A DNA stretch of 64,000 bases from Ranitomeya imitator (lineage: Eukaryota). How positions within the stretch are numbered: position 1 is the stretch's first letter; each line of letters opens with the position of its first letter. Below are positions 1 to 13,360 of the stretch, piece after piece. The notes beneath the pieces are model-generated. The model was not told the DNA's origin and did no database searches. It worked only from the letters and a program-made list of their open reading frames with translations. The translations under genes and the position numbers were made by a program. The DNA lies in NCBI RefSeq assembly GCF_032444005.1, contig NC_091283.1, forward strand, positions 42,842,001-42,906,000, given 5' to 3'.

Positions 1-75
1 TTTCACTTGGCTCGTCCTGATCGGCCTGGGGGCTCTGGTGAGGGTTCGGTGACCCCTCCTCAAGGGGGGGGGTAC

Positions 76-869
76 TGTTGTGAATTCCGCTCTTGGGCTC
101 CCTCCGGTGGTTGTAAGTGGCACTTTTGTGAGTTCTGCTCTTGGGCTCCCTCCGGTGGTTTTAAGTGGTATGGCTGCTCCTTGGATTTAGCAGTCTGCAG
201 CTGCTTCCACTGATTGTCTTTCTGCTTGGCTATTTATGCCTGGCTCTCTCTTCAGCCAGTGCCACTTGTAAATGGTTCCTGGTTGGATTCACATCTCTTT
301 GGATTTCCCTGTTATCCTGACCAGTTCAGCAAAGCTAAGTCCTTGCTTGCTCTTTTCTGTCCACAGGTTGTGGACTTATCCGTTCTGTGCTTTCTATGTT
401 TGTCCAGCTTGTCAGTATGAATTAATTCTGTGTAGCTGGAAGCTCTGGGAAGCAGATTTACCCTCCACACCTTTAGTCAGGTGTGGAGATTTTTGTAAAC
501 TCTGTGTGGATTTTTTGTAGTGTTTTATACTGACCACACAGTATTCCATCCTGTCCTATCTATCTAGCTAGACTGGCCTCCTGTGCTCATACTGGTTTCA
601 TTCTGTGTATGTCTTTTCCCTCTTCACTCACAGTCATTACTTGTGGGGGGCTATCTATCCTTTGGGGATTTTCTCTGAGGCAAGATAGTTTTCCTGTTTC
701 TATCTTTAGGGGTAGTTAGTTCTCAGGCTGTGACGAGGTGCCTAGGGAGTGTCAGGAGCATCCCACGGCTACTTCTAGTGTTGTGTTGAGCTTAGGGACT
801 GCGGTCAGTACAGGCACCACTTCCTTCAGAGCTCGTCCCATTTTGCTCCTAAACCACCAGATCATAACA
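76..869 (+). mobile_element. 3' LTR of a gypsy-type LTR retrotransposon whose body lies upstream of the window
   Basis: Starts TGTTGTGA at 76 and ends TCATAACA at 869 (TG...CA with short inverted termini). It is preceded by a polypurine tract (AAGGGGGGGGG, about 62-72). No TSD can be checked because the 5' end is outside the window. Confidence 0.65.
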
Positions 870-1034
870 GGGAGCGCCCCTCTCTGCCCTGACACCTCAC
901 ACAGGGGGCCCCTCTCTGCCCCAACACCTCACACAAGGGGCCCCTGTCTCTTCCCCGTCACCTCACACATGGGGCCCCTCTATGCACACGTCTCCAGGAT
1001 CTATATCACGACACCGGGGGGGGAATGATGAGCC

Positions 1035-1335
1035 AGCACTCACACACACAGGCACACAGCACAGCTCACCTCCCTGCAGCAGCACACACACACACAGGCA
1101 CACAGCACAGCTCACCTCCCTGCAGCAGCACACACACACACACACAGCTCACCTCCCTGCAGCAGCACACACACACACCACACCTCCCTGCAGCAGCACA
1201 CATGCACAAACACACACACACAGCACAGCTCACCTCACTGCAGCAGCACACACACACACACCACACCTCCCTGCAGCAGCACACATGCACAAACAAACAC
1301 ACACACACACAGCACAGCTCACCTCCCTGCAGCAG
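1035..1335. repeat. CA-rich micro/minisatellite (CACAGCTCACCTCCCTGCAGCAGCACACACA-like units)
   Basis: Repeated units are directly visible. A partial reverse-complement copy lies at about 1460-1510, suggesting it is internal to a non-autonomous DNA element. Confidence 0.75.
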
Positions 1336-1779
1336 CCGCTCACCCCAGCAGCCTCTTCCTTGCTGGATTCCTGGAAGCTTTCTGACTGAGACAGCAGCAC
1401 GCTGGATGATGACATCATCCAGCTGGGCTGCCTCAGACAGGAAGCAGGACGCTGGGAGCCGGTGAGCTGCTCTGTGTGAGTCTGTGTGCCTGCGTGTGTG
1501 TATGTGTGCTGTGAATGGTATTCACTCCTCTCCACGCCCATAGGGGCGTGGGGAAGGGTGAATATTCATTCTGCTTTAGCAGCGGGGACAGGATCCTGTC
1601 TCCGGCTGCTGCTACTGGCACAGGGCGGGCCCCCTTGACTCAGGGGCGCTATAGCCACTGGCAAGGGGCCCCTGGAGCAGTGGGGGCCCTAGGCAGCTGC
1701 TGGTCAGTATGCCAGCAGGTGTCAGTGCCAGGGCCCACCGGAGAATCCTCCGGTTCTCCGGTGGGCCAGTCCGAGCCTG

Positions 1780-2262
1780 TAAAGGACTGTTGCTCTGTCG
1801 GTGTTCCAGCTACCGGGATCCTGCGCCTCAGAAGGAGGCAGCCTGTGCAGGGCAGAACTCCTTCTGGTTTTCACTCCTTTGCTATGACTTCTTCACCCTC
1901 TCTACAATACAGTTCTCTGTTCATGTCCTTTTTTAGGAACTGCCACACGTGGGGCAGGCGCAGCTCCGTGACCTTCTGTCTGGGCCTCTGACAGGATCCC
2001 ACCGCTGTCAGGGACCAACTACCTGAGCGGAGCTCAGCTAGCAACTGCCTCACTTCCTATCCAGGCCACCAGTTTTACCTAATTGTGAAGAGTGCCCTAA
2101 TAAATTGGAGCATAGCTCTCCCTGGTGGACTGGAGTGTGAAGTGTGTTGTATGGTTTGTGATACCTGGTAAAGAGACCTCCTTTATTGCCTTCAAACGTA
2201 ACATCACTCCCCCTGGTGGAAGAATGACATTACTGCAACGACCAGGACCCTGGGGAGCTGCA
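1780..2262 (-). mobile_element. Partial LTR related to the gypsy LTR at 25338
   Basis: The reverse complement from 2262 reads TGCAGCTCCCCAGGGTCCTGGTCGTTGCAGTA...GGGGAGTGATG...ACCAGGTATCAC. This aligns by eye to 25338 (TGCAGCGCCCCAGAGATCTGGTCGTTGCAGTA...GGGGAGTGATG...ACCAGGTATCAC). The left boundary is approximate. Confidence 0.55.
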
Positions 2263-4610
2263 CATATATCACATGTACAATGTAGTTACTGAATAACGGG
2301 GGATCCTGGTTATATAGAGATAGTTACTGAAAGATGGGGGGTCGTGGTTATATACAGATATCACATGTACAATATGGAGATAGTTACTGAACGACAGGGG
2401 ATCCTGTTTATATACAGATATCACATGTACATTATGGAGGTAGCTACTGAATGATGGGGGATCCTGTTTATATACAGATATCACATGTACATTATGGAGG
2501 TAGCTACTGAATGATGGGGGATCCTGGTTATATGCAGATATAACATGTACAATATGGAGGTAGTTACTGAATGACGGGGGATCCTGGTTATATACAGATA
2601 TAACATGTACAATATGGAGGTATTTATTGAATGACGGGGATCCTGGTTATATACAGATATAACATGTACAATATGGAGGTAGTTATTGAATGACGGGGGA
2701 TCCTGGCTATATAGAGATATCACAGTTACAATATGGAGGTAGTTACTGAATGACGGGGCATCCTGGTTATATACAGATATAACATGTACAATATGGAGGT
2801 AGTTACTGAATGACGGGGGATCCTGGTTATATACAGATATCACATGTACAATATGGAGGTAGTTATTGAGTGACGGGGGATCCTGGTTATATACAGATAT
2901 CACATGTACAATATGGAGGTAGTTATTGAATGACGGGGGATCCTGGTTATATACAGATATCACATGTACAATATGGAGGTAGTTACTGAATGGTGGGGGA
3001 TCCTGGTTATATACAGATATCACATGTACAATATGGAGGTAGTTATTGAATGACGGAGGATCCTGGTTATATACAGATATCACATGTACAATATGGAGGT
3101 AGTTACTGAATGGTGGGGGATCCTGGTTATATACAGATATCACATGTACAATATGGAGGTAGTTATTGAATGACGGGGGATCCTGGTTATATACAGATAT
3201 CACATGTACAATATGGAGGTAGTTACTGAATGGTGGGGGATCCTGGTTATATACAGATATCACATGTACAATATGGAGGTAGTTATTGAATGACGGGGGA
3301 TCCTGGTTATATACAGATATCACATGTACAATATGGAGGTAGTTATTGAATGACGGGGGATCCTGGTTATATACAGATATCACATGTACAATATGGAGGT
3401 AGTTACTGAATGACGGGGGATCCTGGTTATATACAGATATCACATGTACAATATGGAGGTAGTTACTGAGTGACGGGGATCCTGGTTATATACAGATATC
3501 ACATGTACAATATGGAGGTAGTTACTGAGTGACGGGGATCCTGGTTATATACAGATATCACATGTACAATATGGAGGTAGTTATTGAATGACGGGGGATC
3601 CTGGTTATATACAGATATCACATGTACAATATGGAGGTAGTTATTGAATGACGGGGGATCCTGGTTATATACAGATATCACATGTACAATATGGAGGTAG
3701 TTACTGAATGACGGGGGATCCTGGTTATATACAGATATCACATGTACAATATGGAGGTAGTTACTGAGTGACGGGGATCCTGGTTATATACAGATATAAC
3801 ATGTACAATATGGAGGTAGTTATTGAATGACGGGGGATCCTGGTTATATACAGATATCACATGTACAATATGGAGGTAGTTACTGAATGATGGGGGATCC
3901 TGGTTATATACAGATATCACATGTACAATATGGAGGTAGTTACTGAATGACGGGGGATCCTGGTTATATACAGATATCACATGTACAATATGGAGGTAGT
4001 TATTGAATGACGGGGGATCCTGGTTATATACAGATATCACATGTACAATATGGAGGTAGTTACTGAGTGACGGGGATCCTGGTTATATACAGATATAACA
4101 TGTACAATATGGAGGTAGTTACTGAATGACGGGGGATCCTGGTTATATACAGATATCACATGTACAATATGGAGGTAGTTACTGAATGACGGGGGATCCT
4201 GGTTATATACAGATATCACATGTACAATATGGAGGTAGTTACTGAATGATGGGGGATCCTGGTTATATACAGATATCACATGTACAATATGGAGGTAGTT
4301 ATTGAATGACGGGGGATCCTGGTTATATACAGATATCACATGTACAATATGGAGGTAGTTACTGAATGATGGGGGATCCTGGTTATATACAGATATCACA
4401 TGTACAATATGGAGGTAGTTACTGAATGATGGGGGATCCTGGTTATATACAGATATCACATGTACAATATGGAGGTAGTTACTGAATGACGGGGGATCCT
4501 GGTTATATACAGATATCACATGTACAATATGGAGGTAGTTATTGAATGACGGGGGATCCTGGTTATATACAGATATCACATTCACATTATGGAAGTAGTT
4601 ACTGAGTGAT
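2263..4610. repeat. 60-bp minisatellite, about 39 copies
   Basis: Unit ATATCACATGTACAATATGGAGGTAGTTACTGAATGACGGGGGATCCTGGTTATATACAG. It stays in register with the 60-column layout, with occasional 59-bp units. Confidence 0.97.
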
Positions 4611-5329
4611 GGGAGGACACTATAAAATTATAGCAGTGGGATCCTGAGCTCCTATTTTTCCTAGGTATACAGTATGTGTTCACTGTGATCTACGAGGCTC
4701 CATCCGTTGGTGGAGACAATACTTTCTAAAGATAAGCCATCTTTGTTACCCATAGCGACCAATCACAGCGCAGCTTTCGCTTTGTAACAGCTGTTTAGTA
4801 AGTGAAAGCAGAGCTCTGATTGGTTGCCATGGGTAACACAGATAGGATTTCTTAGTTTTTATAAATGAGGCCCGATGTGTTTCCACTCTGTAAATTATTC
4901 TTTAGTTTTATGCTATATCATAAAGGACGACTTTCTGGATATGCGGAATGAGCGTCGCACCAGGAAGGAACATCCTGCTCAGATTTGGATGAAATGGCGG
5001 TTATTGTTGACAGTAATATCTATTCATGTGAAACTAAACAAGAAATAAATCTGATAACATGAGAAGAAGCCATCTGGATGCATAATAGGAGTGAAAAGAG
5101 CTCCGGACTGTTAATAGATTGTTCTGAATACCTAATAGGGAGGTCATTACATTTAATGGACACGTAAATCAGTCCAGTAACCAGTAAATGTAACGATGAT
5201 GGACAGAAGCACTAAATGGATAAAAGTATGTGCCCCCTCCACATTACACCCCCTCTCTACATCCATAGACATTAATATGGAGGTGACTGCCCCTCTGCAG
5301 ATATAATGGCTTCCACATTTCAGGATGGT

Positions 5330-6290
5330 CTCCAAGATGTTATACACCAGGGATAATGGGGCTGGATGTTATAAACCAGAAACAAGGGGCTGGATGTTAT
5401 AAACCGGAAGCAAGAGGCACAATGTTATACACCAGGGGGTTGAGGGTCCGGATGTTATATACCGGGGACGAGAGGCCAGATGTTATACACTGGGAGGCGA
5501 GGAGTCGGATATTATGCATCTAGGGTAATGTGGCTGGATTTTATACACTGGAGGTGAGGGGCCAGATGTTATACATGGGGGTGAGGGGCACGATGTAATA
5601 CAATAGGGGGCAAGAGGTCGGATATTATGCATTGGGGGTAATGGGGACAGATGTTATACACTGGGAGGCAAGGGGTCGGATATTATGCATCTAGGGTAAT
5701 GTGGCTGGATTTTATACACTGGAGGTGAGGGGCCAGATGTTATACATGTGGGGTGAGGGGCTCGATGTAATACAATAGGGGGCAAGACAGGGCCGGACTG
5801 GCCATTGGGCAATTCTGCCAAATGCAAGAAGGGCCTGTCTGGTCATGGGCTGCCTTGTCTGCTACGTTGTTAGCAGAATCGGTGTTCTCAAGACACCCAT
5901 ACTGTTAACAGTTCTGATGGAGCACAAAGTCACTGACTCCGTCACTTACCCCAGCAGGCCACAGGTATCATTAGAAATATTGGTCTTGTAGTAAATCTTG
6001 CTTTCCTCCATCCACAATAATGTTAGTAATATATCCCTATCTGTTGCTTGGAAATGGGGACAATATGGGCCTGTGTGATTGCAAATGCCAGGGCTGAATT
6101 TTAGTCCCAGTCCGTACCTGGGGCAAGAGGTCGGATATTATGCACAGGGGGTAATGGGGCTGGATGTTATACACTGGAGGTGAGGGGCTGAATGTTATAC
6201 ACCATGGGGCGAGGGGTGGGATGTTATACACCAGGGGTAATTGAGCTGGATATTATACATCGGGGGCGAGAGGCCAGATGTTATGTACTG
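5330..6290. repeat. Degenerate minisatellite of about 33 bp (GGGGCCAGATGTTATACACTGGAGG-like), interrupted by a MITE
   Basis: GATGTTATACAC cores recur on both sides of the 5788-6120 insertion. Confidence 0.7.
5788..6120. mobile_element. hAT-type MITE (333 bp)
   Basis: TIRs CAGGGCCGGACTGG / CCAGTCCGTACCTG, with an 8-bp TSD GGGCAAGA at 5780-5787 and 6121-6128. Confidence 0.85.
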
Positions 6291-7554
6291 AGGGCAATTG
6301 GATTGGCGAAAACACTTGAATTGTCCATATAGTGTGGATATATGGCTGGATGTGCCCATGGCTGTCTATACGGACAGCTGCACTGTTTGTGGGGTTATTG
6401 AGGCTCTGTGTCTTACTTTCTGTTTAGTAATAACATTATTTGGGCACAGCCCTTTGGTCATATTTAGGCTGTATATGACTTTTTTGACACTTTTAATTGT
6501 TTCATTTTACATATTGTCTAATTTATGTCTATAATCAGGGCCGAAGATAAAAATAAAACACAAAAAAACGAAATCAGAAACAAAACTAAAAGTGTCTACT
6601 GAAATCAATCATCTCGAAGTGGCTATGTGAGGGGCTGAAGGGATTTGTCTTTAGGTTGTTTTGTTCTCCCAGTCCAGGATTTCCCGTTAAATAGAATTGT
6701 TTTGTCTCATAAATATTCAAAAGCGTTAAATCTGCCTTCTATAATTATACGTAGACTTCCATAGGACTGCACTGTACCCCTGGACAAGATCTTTCTCATA
6801 ATGAGGCGCCATATGGAAGCAGGTGAATTTCCTATGGTTCCATAGTGCTGAGCCTCAGGGACTCGCGTGCTACTTATGGATTATATAGGTAGACATGATT
6901 ACACCGCGCCGCAGTCATGTACTAACAGGATGGAATTATTCCTTCGTCATTATTTTTCTTCTTTTTATAGGCTCCAATGAATTAAAATCTCCAAATCAGT
7001 TACCACGAATTATTGCAAACAATCTATAAAAAGACTCCGATAGTGAAAACGCCAAATAAAACTTGCAGTTATTTACCATCGGGGCAGAAGTGCTCCGGAT
7101 ATTTAATAAACTAATAAACTTGGTAACGCTGCAATTATTCAATTATGTATGCCGCTGAGAGCGGGAAGCCGCTGTTTGCGCTCTGCATTTCCAGTTGCTT
7201 TATCAAACAAGCCCGAAAGCGTTCCACCTGGTCCTGCTCAGAGCGGCCTCGTAACGAAGCAAGGAGCCAGTACTACAATTACAGCAGATATAAACCTGAC
7301 CTGGGGGGTACACAGGGGAAGACGGGGAGAAGGAGCATGTGTCGTGAGGTCCTGGTGCCTCCTTCGTGGACTTTTATCACCACAACCTGATACAATCTTT
7401 TATTGTCCCCAAGACATCTCAAATTGTAAAAATATGCAACTCTGCAGAAAAGACTTGCTTTAAAGTGAACCTCAAAGCCAAGTAAAAGCAGGAACTCGGT
7501 GCCCTCAACTGCTCCCGGTGCGCATATCTGTCTAATATACTGATAAAAGATATA

Positions 7555-8791
7555 TGTAATCTTCCATCCTCCCAAGACCTCCTACTCTCCTCCACACTTA
7601 TTCGTTCCTCACACAACCGCCTCCAAGATTTCTTCTGAATATCCCCCATCCTCTGGAATTCCATGCCTCAACACGTTCGACTATCCACCACCCTTGGATC
7701 CTTCAGACGGAACTTGAAAACCCATCTCTTCAGGAAAGCCTACAGCCTGCAATAACCATTCTGTCGCCTCACCACCACCCGAGCTGCCGCCTCACCACCA
7801 CCAGAGCTGCCACCTCACCACCACCAGAGATGCTGCCCCACCACCACCAGAGCTGCCTCCTCACCAACCACCCGAGCTGCAGCCTCACCAACCACCCGAT
7901 CTGCAGCCTCACCAACCACCCGAGCTGCTGCTTCACCACCACCAGAGCTGCTGCCTCACCACCACCAGAGCTGCCTCCTCACCAACCACCCGAGCTGCAG
8001 CCTCACCAACCACCCGATCTGCAGCCTCACCAACCACCCAAGCTGCCACCTCACCAACCACCCGAGCTGCTGCCTCACCAACTACCCGATCTGCCGCCTC
8101 ACCAACCACCCGAGCTGCCTCCTCACCAACCACCCAAGCTGCCACCTCACCAACCACCAGAGCTGCAGCCTCACCAACCACCCGATCTGCAGCCTCACCA
8201 ACCACCCGAGCTGCCACCTCACCAACCACCCGAGCTGCTGCCTCACCAACCACCAGAGCTGCCGCCACACCAACCACCAGAGCTGCCTCCACACCAACCA
8301 CCAGAGCTGCCTCCACACCAACCACCAGAGCTGCCGCCTCACCAACCACCCAAGCTGCCGCCTCACCACCACCAGAGCTGCCGCCTCACCAACCACCCGA
8401 GCTGCAGGCTCACCAACCACCTCAGCTGCCACCTCACCAACCACCCGAGCTGCAGCCTCACCAACCACCTCAGCTGCCGCCTCACCAACCACCCGAGCTG
8501 CTGCCACGTCACCAACCACCCGAGCTGCCGCGTCGCCACCGCCAGATCTGCCGCCTCACCACCACCCGAGCTGCGGCCTCACCACCACCAGTGCTGCAGC
8601 ACCCCGACCTCCTGTCTCTTCCCCATTATCCTGAAGAATGTAAGTCGCAACGACAGGGTCCTCTCCCCTCTGTACCAGATTGTCATTGTAAATTTGTTTA
8701 CTGTTAGCGATATCTATAACCCAGTATGTAACCCCTTTTCACATGTACAGCACCATGGAATTATTGGGGCTATATAAATAATAATAATAAT
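7555..8791 (+). mobile_element. 5'-truncated L2-clade LINE 3' end with internal minisatellite expansion and (AAT)n tail
   Basis: Matches the ORF2 end and 3' UTR of the L2 copies at 43000-43515 (-) and 44250-44570 (+). It ends CACCATGGAATTATTGGGGCTATATAAATAATAATAATAAT. Confidence 0.85.
7765..8600. repeat. 24-bp minisatellite (GAGCTGCCGCCTCACCAACCACCC), about 35 copies, inside the L2 3' UTR
   Basis: Units are directly visible. They produce the PPHQPPEL artefact ORF. Confidence 0.95.
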
Positions 8792-8916
8792 ATGTCTAGG
8801 ATCTGTGCCAATTCTCATACTCTGCAACTTGCCATCCTCTCTTTCTTCAGTGGATGGTTCCTTTTCATCTGCATTCTGCCAGCACTATAGTTCCTGGAAC
8901 TTCCTTTTTCCTTCTT

Positions 8917-9177
8917 ATAATAATAATAATCTTTATTTTTATATAGCGCTAACATATTACGCAGCGCTTTACAGTTTGCACACATTTTCATCGCTGTCCC
9001 CGTTGGGGCTCACAGTCTAAATTCCCTATCAGTATGTCTTTGGAATGTGGGAGGAAACCCACGCAAACACGGAGAGAACATACAAACTCTTTGCAGATGT
9101 TGTCCTTAGTGGGGCTTGAACCCAGGACTCCAGCGCTGCAAGGCTGCTGTGCTAACCACTGCGCCACCGTGCTGCCC
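8917..9177 (-). mobile_element. tRNA-derived SINE (V-SINE-like core) with an L2-like tail
   Basis: The minus strand reads GGGCAGCACGGTGGCGCAGTGGTTAGCAC (A box), then GGTTCAAGCC (B box), a V-domain-like core (GAGTTTGTATGTTCTCTCCGTGTTTGCGTGGGTTTCCTCC) and a short microsatellite tail (AAT repeats on the + strand). (C)CTTCTT flanks both ends as a probable TSD. Confidence 0.85.
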
Positions 9178-10394
9178 TTCTTCTCAGCAAGCATTGCTCC
9201 TGCTGTTATCCAATGGGATGATAGCCCATGACAAGCTGGAGAGCAGGAGAAGAGAGCCAAAGACCTGCCGCACGGCTTTTTAGAGAGAACAGTAAGTATC
9301 GGATAACATTCGCTCTGCTAATAATTCCAATGATGTGAATGGTCACCCCAAGAAATATATTAATTCCTTATATTTTTTTAAGCATTTTCAGCATCCTTTA
9401 ATCCTATGAAGATCTTCCAGCTTATCTACTTCTAAACATGTTCCCAAGGCTTCTCAATAATGTACCGTTTCCACATAAGTCGCATATGGGCATGTGGGTC
9501 AAAGGAAGCTGAATAAAATTATACCTTGATGTCTGCGATCCGTTGCCTTATTCCAGAGAAATCCATGTTTTTTTTAATATGTAAATGAGCTGTTAAGATC
9601 TATGGACCGTAAATAGATCTCACCAAGAACCTGCCTCCAGAGACGGCGCTACCAGTATGAGACATGTAGAGGAGTAGAGAGAGAGCAAACTGTCAGTCAT
9701 TACATGTCTCACACTGGTAATGTCCACCCGAGGCAGATTCTTGGGGAGATCTATGCTGCACTAATGCTGCATTCTGTCAAGGTGGCTAGGAGGCGTTTGT
9801 GTCAGGGGGGAAAAGACATGCCCCCCTGACAAACTTCAGGTATGAGGGGCACATTATAGAAGCGATTATTGCAGCGTTGGCAGGGACCCGAACTAAAAGA
9901 GCCACCTTGACAGAATGCAGCATTAGTGCTGCACAAGGTGGCTCTTTTAGTTAAAAACGCCTGGGGGGGTGACAGGTTCCCTTTAACAAAGCTTGTAAAG
10001 ATAACAGAGATTCCCTTAAAATGTCCCTTACAATGTGACTTATTGGAGCCACCACTAGAGGGAGCTGAGTGCACACTCCTTAGACATTAAATTCCATAAT
10101 AGTCTAGTATACAGGGAGCGTCTCCACGCCCCCTTGTGGTGGCCACAGATAGAACTAAATTATAAAATGTTGCTATGTCCATACAGGGGAGTGGAAGCTG
10201 TGAATCAGAAAATCTGAGCTCCATCCGCTATAAAGATATAATAAATTATTTAGCACAGAATAGTGGGCCTAAAGACACGGTGGCCTTCATCTACGACATG
10301 TCCTGTGAAGTATGGGTTCTCCAAATTCAGTAATGTTGTGTGCTCCATTCATAATACCTAATCACTATCAGGCAACTAGATTATTATAGGGGGT

Positions 10395-13360
10395 GAAAAG
10401 TCTCTCCTATATTACATGGGATGGAAGGCCTCTCCTATATTACATGGGATGGAAGGTCTCTCCTATATTACATAGGATGGAAGGTCTCTTCTATATTACA
10501 TGGGATGGAAGGTCTCTTCTATATTACATAGGATGGAAGGTCTCTCCTATATTACATGGGATGGAAGGTCTCTTCTATATTACATGGGATGGAAGGTCTC
10601 TTCTATATTACATAGGATGGAAGGCCTTTCCTATATTACATAGGATGGAAGGTCTCTTCTACATTACATGGGGTGGAAGGTGTCTCCTATATTACATAGG
10701 ATGGAAGGTCTCTTCTATATTACATAGGATGGAAGACCTCTCCTATATTACATGGGATGGAAGGTCTCTCCTATATTACATGGGATGGAAGGCATCTCCT
10801 ATATTACATGGGATGGAAGATCTCTCCTATATTACATGGGATGGAAGGCATCTCATATATTACACATGATGGAAGACATCTCCTATATTACATGGGAAGG
10901 ATGGCCTCTCCTATGTTACATGGGACGGAAGGTCTCTCCTATATTACATGGGATGGAAGGCATCTCCTATATTACATGGGAAGGAAGGCATCTCCTATAT
11001 TACATGGGGTGGAAAGTCTCTTCTATATTACATGGGATGGAAGGTCTCTCCTATATTACATGGGATGGAAGGCATCTCCTATATTACATGGGATGGAAGG
11101 TCTCTCTTATATTACATGGAGTGGAAGGTCTGTTCTATATTGCATGGGATGGAAGGTCTCTCCTATATTACATGGGATATAAGGTCTCTGCTATATTACA
11201 TGGGACGGAAGGCCTTTCCTATATTACATGGGATGGAAGGTCTCTCCTATATTACATGAGATGGAAGGTCTCTCCTATATTACATGGGATGGAAGGTCTC
11301 TCCTATATTACATGGGGTGGAAGGTCTTCTATATTACATGGGATAGAAGGTCTCTCCTATATTACATGGGATGGAAGGTCTCTCCTATATTACATGGGAT
11401 GGAAGGTATCTTCTATATTACGTGGGATGGAAGATCTCTAGTATATTACATGGGAAGGAAGGCCTCTCCTATATTACATGAGATGGAAGGTCTCTCCTAT
11501 ATTACATGGGATGGAAGGTCTCTGCTATATTACATGGGACGGAAGGCCTTTCCTATATTACATGGGATGGAAGTCTCTCCTATATTACATGAGATGGAAG
11601 ATCTCTCCTATATTACATGGGATGGAAGGCATGTCCTATATTACATGGGAAGGAAGGCATCTCCTATATTACATGGGATGGATGGTCTCTCCTATATTAC
11701 GCGTGATGGAATACATCTCCTATATTACATGGGAAGGATGGCCTCTCCTATATTACATGGGATGGAAGGTCTCTCCTATATTACATGGGATGGAAGGCAT
11801 CTCCTATATTACATGGGAAGGAAGGCATCTCCTATATTACATGGGATGGAAGGTCTCTCCTATATTACATGGGATGGATGGTCTCTCCTATATTACATGG
11901 GATGGAAGGCATCTCCTATATTACATGGGATGGAAGGTCTCTCTTATATTACATGGAGTGGAAGGTCTGTTCTATATTGCATGGGATGGAAGGTCTCTCC
12001 TATATTACATGGGATATAAGGTCTCTGCTATATTACATGAGATGGAAGATCTCTCCTATATTACATGAGATGGAAGGTCTCTCCTATATTATATGGGATG
12101 GAAGGTATCTCCTATATTACATGTGATGGAAGGTCTCCTGTATTACATGGGGTGGAAGGTCTTCTATATTACATGGGATGGAAGGTCTCTCCTGTATTAC
12201 ATGGGATGGAAGGTATCACCTATATTACATGGGGTGGAAGTTATCTTCTATATTGTGTGGGATGGAAGATCTCTCCTATATTACATGGGAAGGAAGGCCT
12301 CTCCTATATTACATGGGATGGAAGATCTCTCCTATATTACTTTGGATGGAAGGTCTCTACTATATTACATGGGATGGAAGGCCTTTCCTATATTACATGG
12401 GATGGAAGGTCTCTCCTATATTACATGAGATGGAAGATCTCTCCTATATTACATGTGATGGAAGGTCTCTCCTATATTACATGGGAAGGAAGGCCTCTCC
12501 TATATTACATGGGATTGAAGATCTCTCCTATATTACATGGGGTGGAAGGTCTCTCCTATATTACATGGGAAGGAAGGCCTCTCCTATATTACATGGGATG
12601 GAAGACCTCTCCTATATTACATGGGGTGGAAGGTCTCTTTTATATTGCATGAGATGGAAGGTCTCTCCTATATTATATGGGATGGAAGGTCTCTTCTATA
12701 TTACATGGGACGGAAGGCCTCTCCTATATTACATGAGATGGAAGGCCTCTCCTATATTACATGGGATGGAAGGTCTCTTCTATATTACATGGGATGGAAG
12801 GCCTCTCCTATATTACATGGGATGGAAGAGATCTCTCCTATATTACATGGGGTGGAAAGCCTCTACTATATTATATGGGATGGAAAGTCTCTCCTATATT
12901 ACATGAGATGGAAGGCCTCTCCTATATTACATGGGATGGAAGGTCTCTTCTATATTACATGGGACGGAAGGCCTCTCCTATATTACATGGGATGGAAGAG
13001 ATCTCTCCTATATTACATGGGACGGAAGGCCTTTCCTATATTACATGGGATGGAAGGTCTCTCCTATATTACATGAGATGGAAGATCTCTCCTATATTAC
13101 ATGGGATGGAAGGTCTCTCCTATATTACATGGGAAGGAAGGCCTCTCCTATATTACATGGGATGGAAGATCTCTCCTATATTACATGGGGTGGAAGGTCT
13201 CTCCTATATTACATGGGATGGAAGATCTCTCCTATATTATATGGGATGGAAGGTCTCTTCTATATTACATGGGACGGAAGGCCTCTCCTGTATTACATGA
13301 GATGGAAGAGATCTCTCCTATATTACATGGGGTGGAAAGCCTCTAATATATTACATGGGA
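10395..13360. repeat. 28-bp satellite (TCTCCTATATTACATGGGATGGAAGGTC), about 105 copies
   Basis: Units are directly visible. The 28-aa periodicity in all three + frames equals 3 x 28 bp. Confidence 0.97.

Noticed and set aside
2269-4585. Minus-strand ORFs up to 320 aa with a 20-aa repeat
   Set aside because: They are translations of the 60-bp minisatellite. The frames break at each 59-bp unit and there are no splice or promoter signals.
7830-8777. 315-aa Pro/His/Gln-rich ORF
   Set aside because: It is read-through of the 24-bp minisatellite in an L2 3' UTR.
9105-9177. tRNA-like sequence with A and B boxes
   Set aside because: It is the head of a SINE, continuous with the core and tail, with no complete cloverleaf.
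2263-13360. CRISPR-like appearance of the regular short-repeat arrays
   Set aside because: The units are head-to-tail with no unique spacers, there are no cas genes, and the context is a spliced vertebrate locus.
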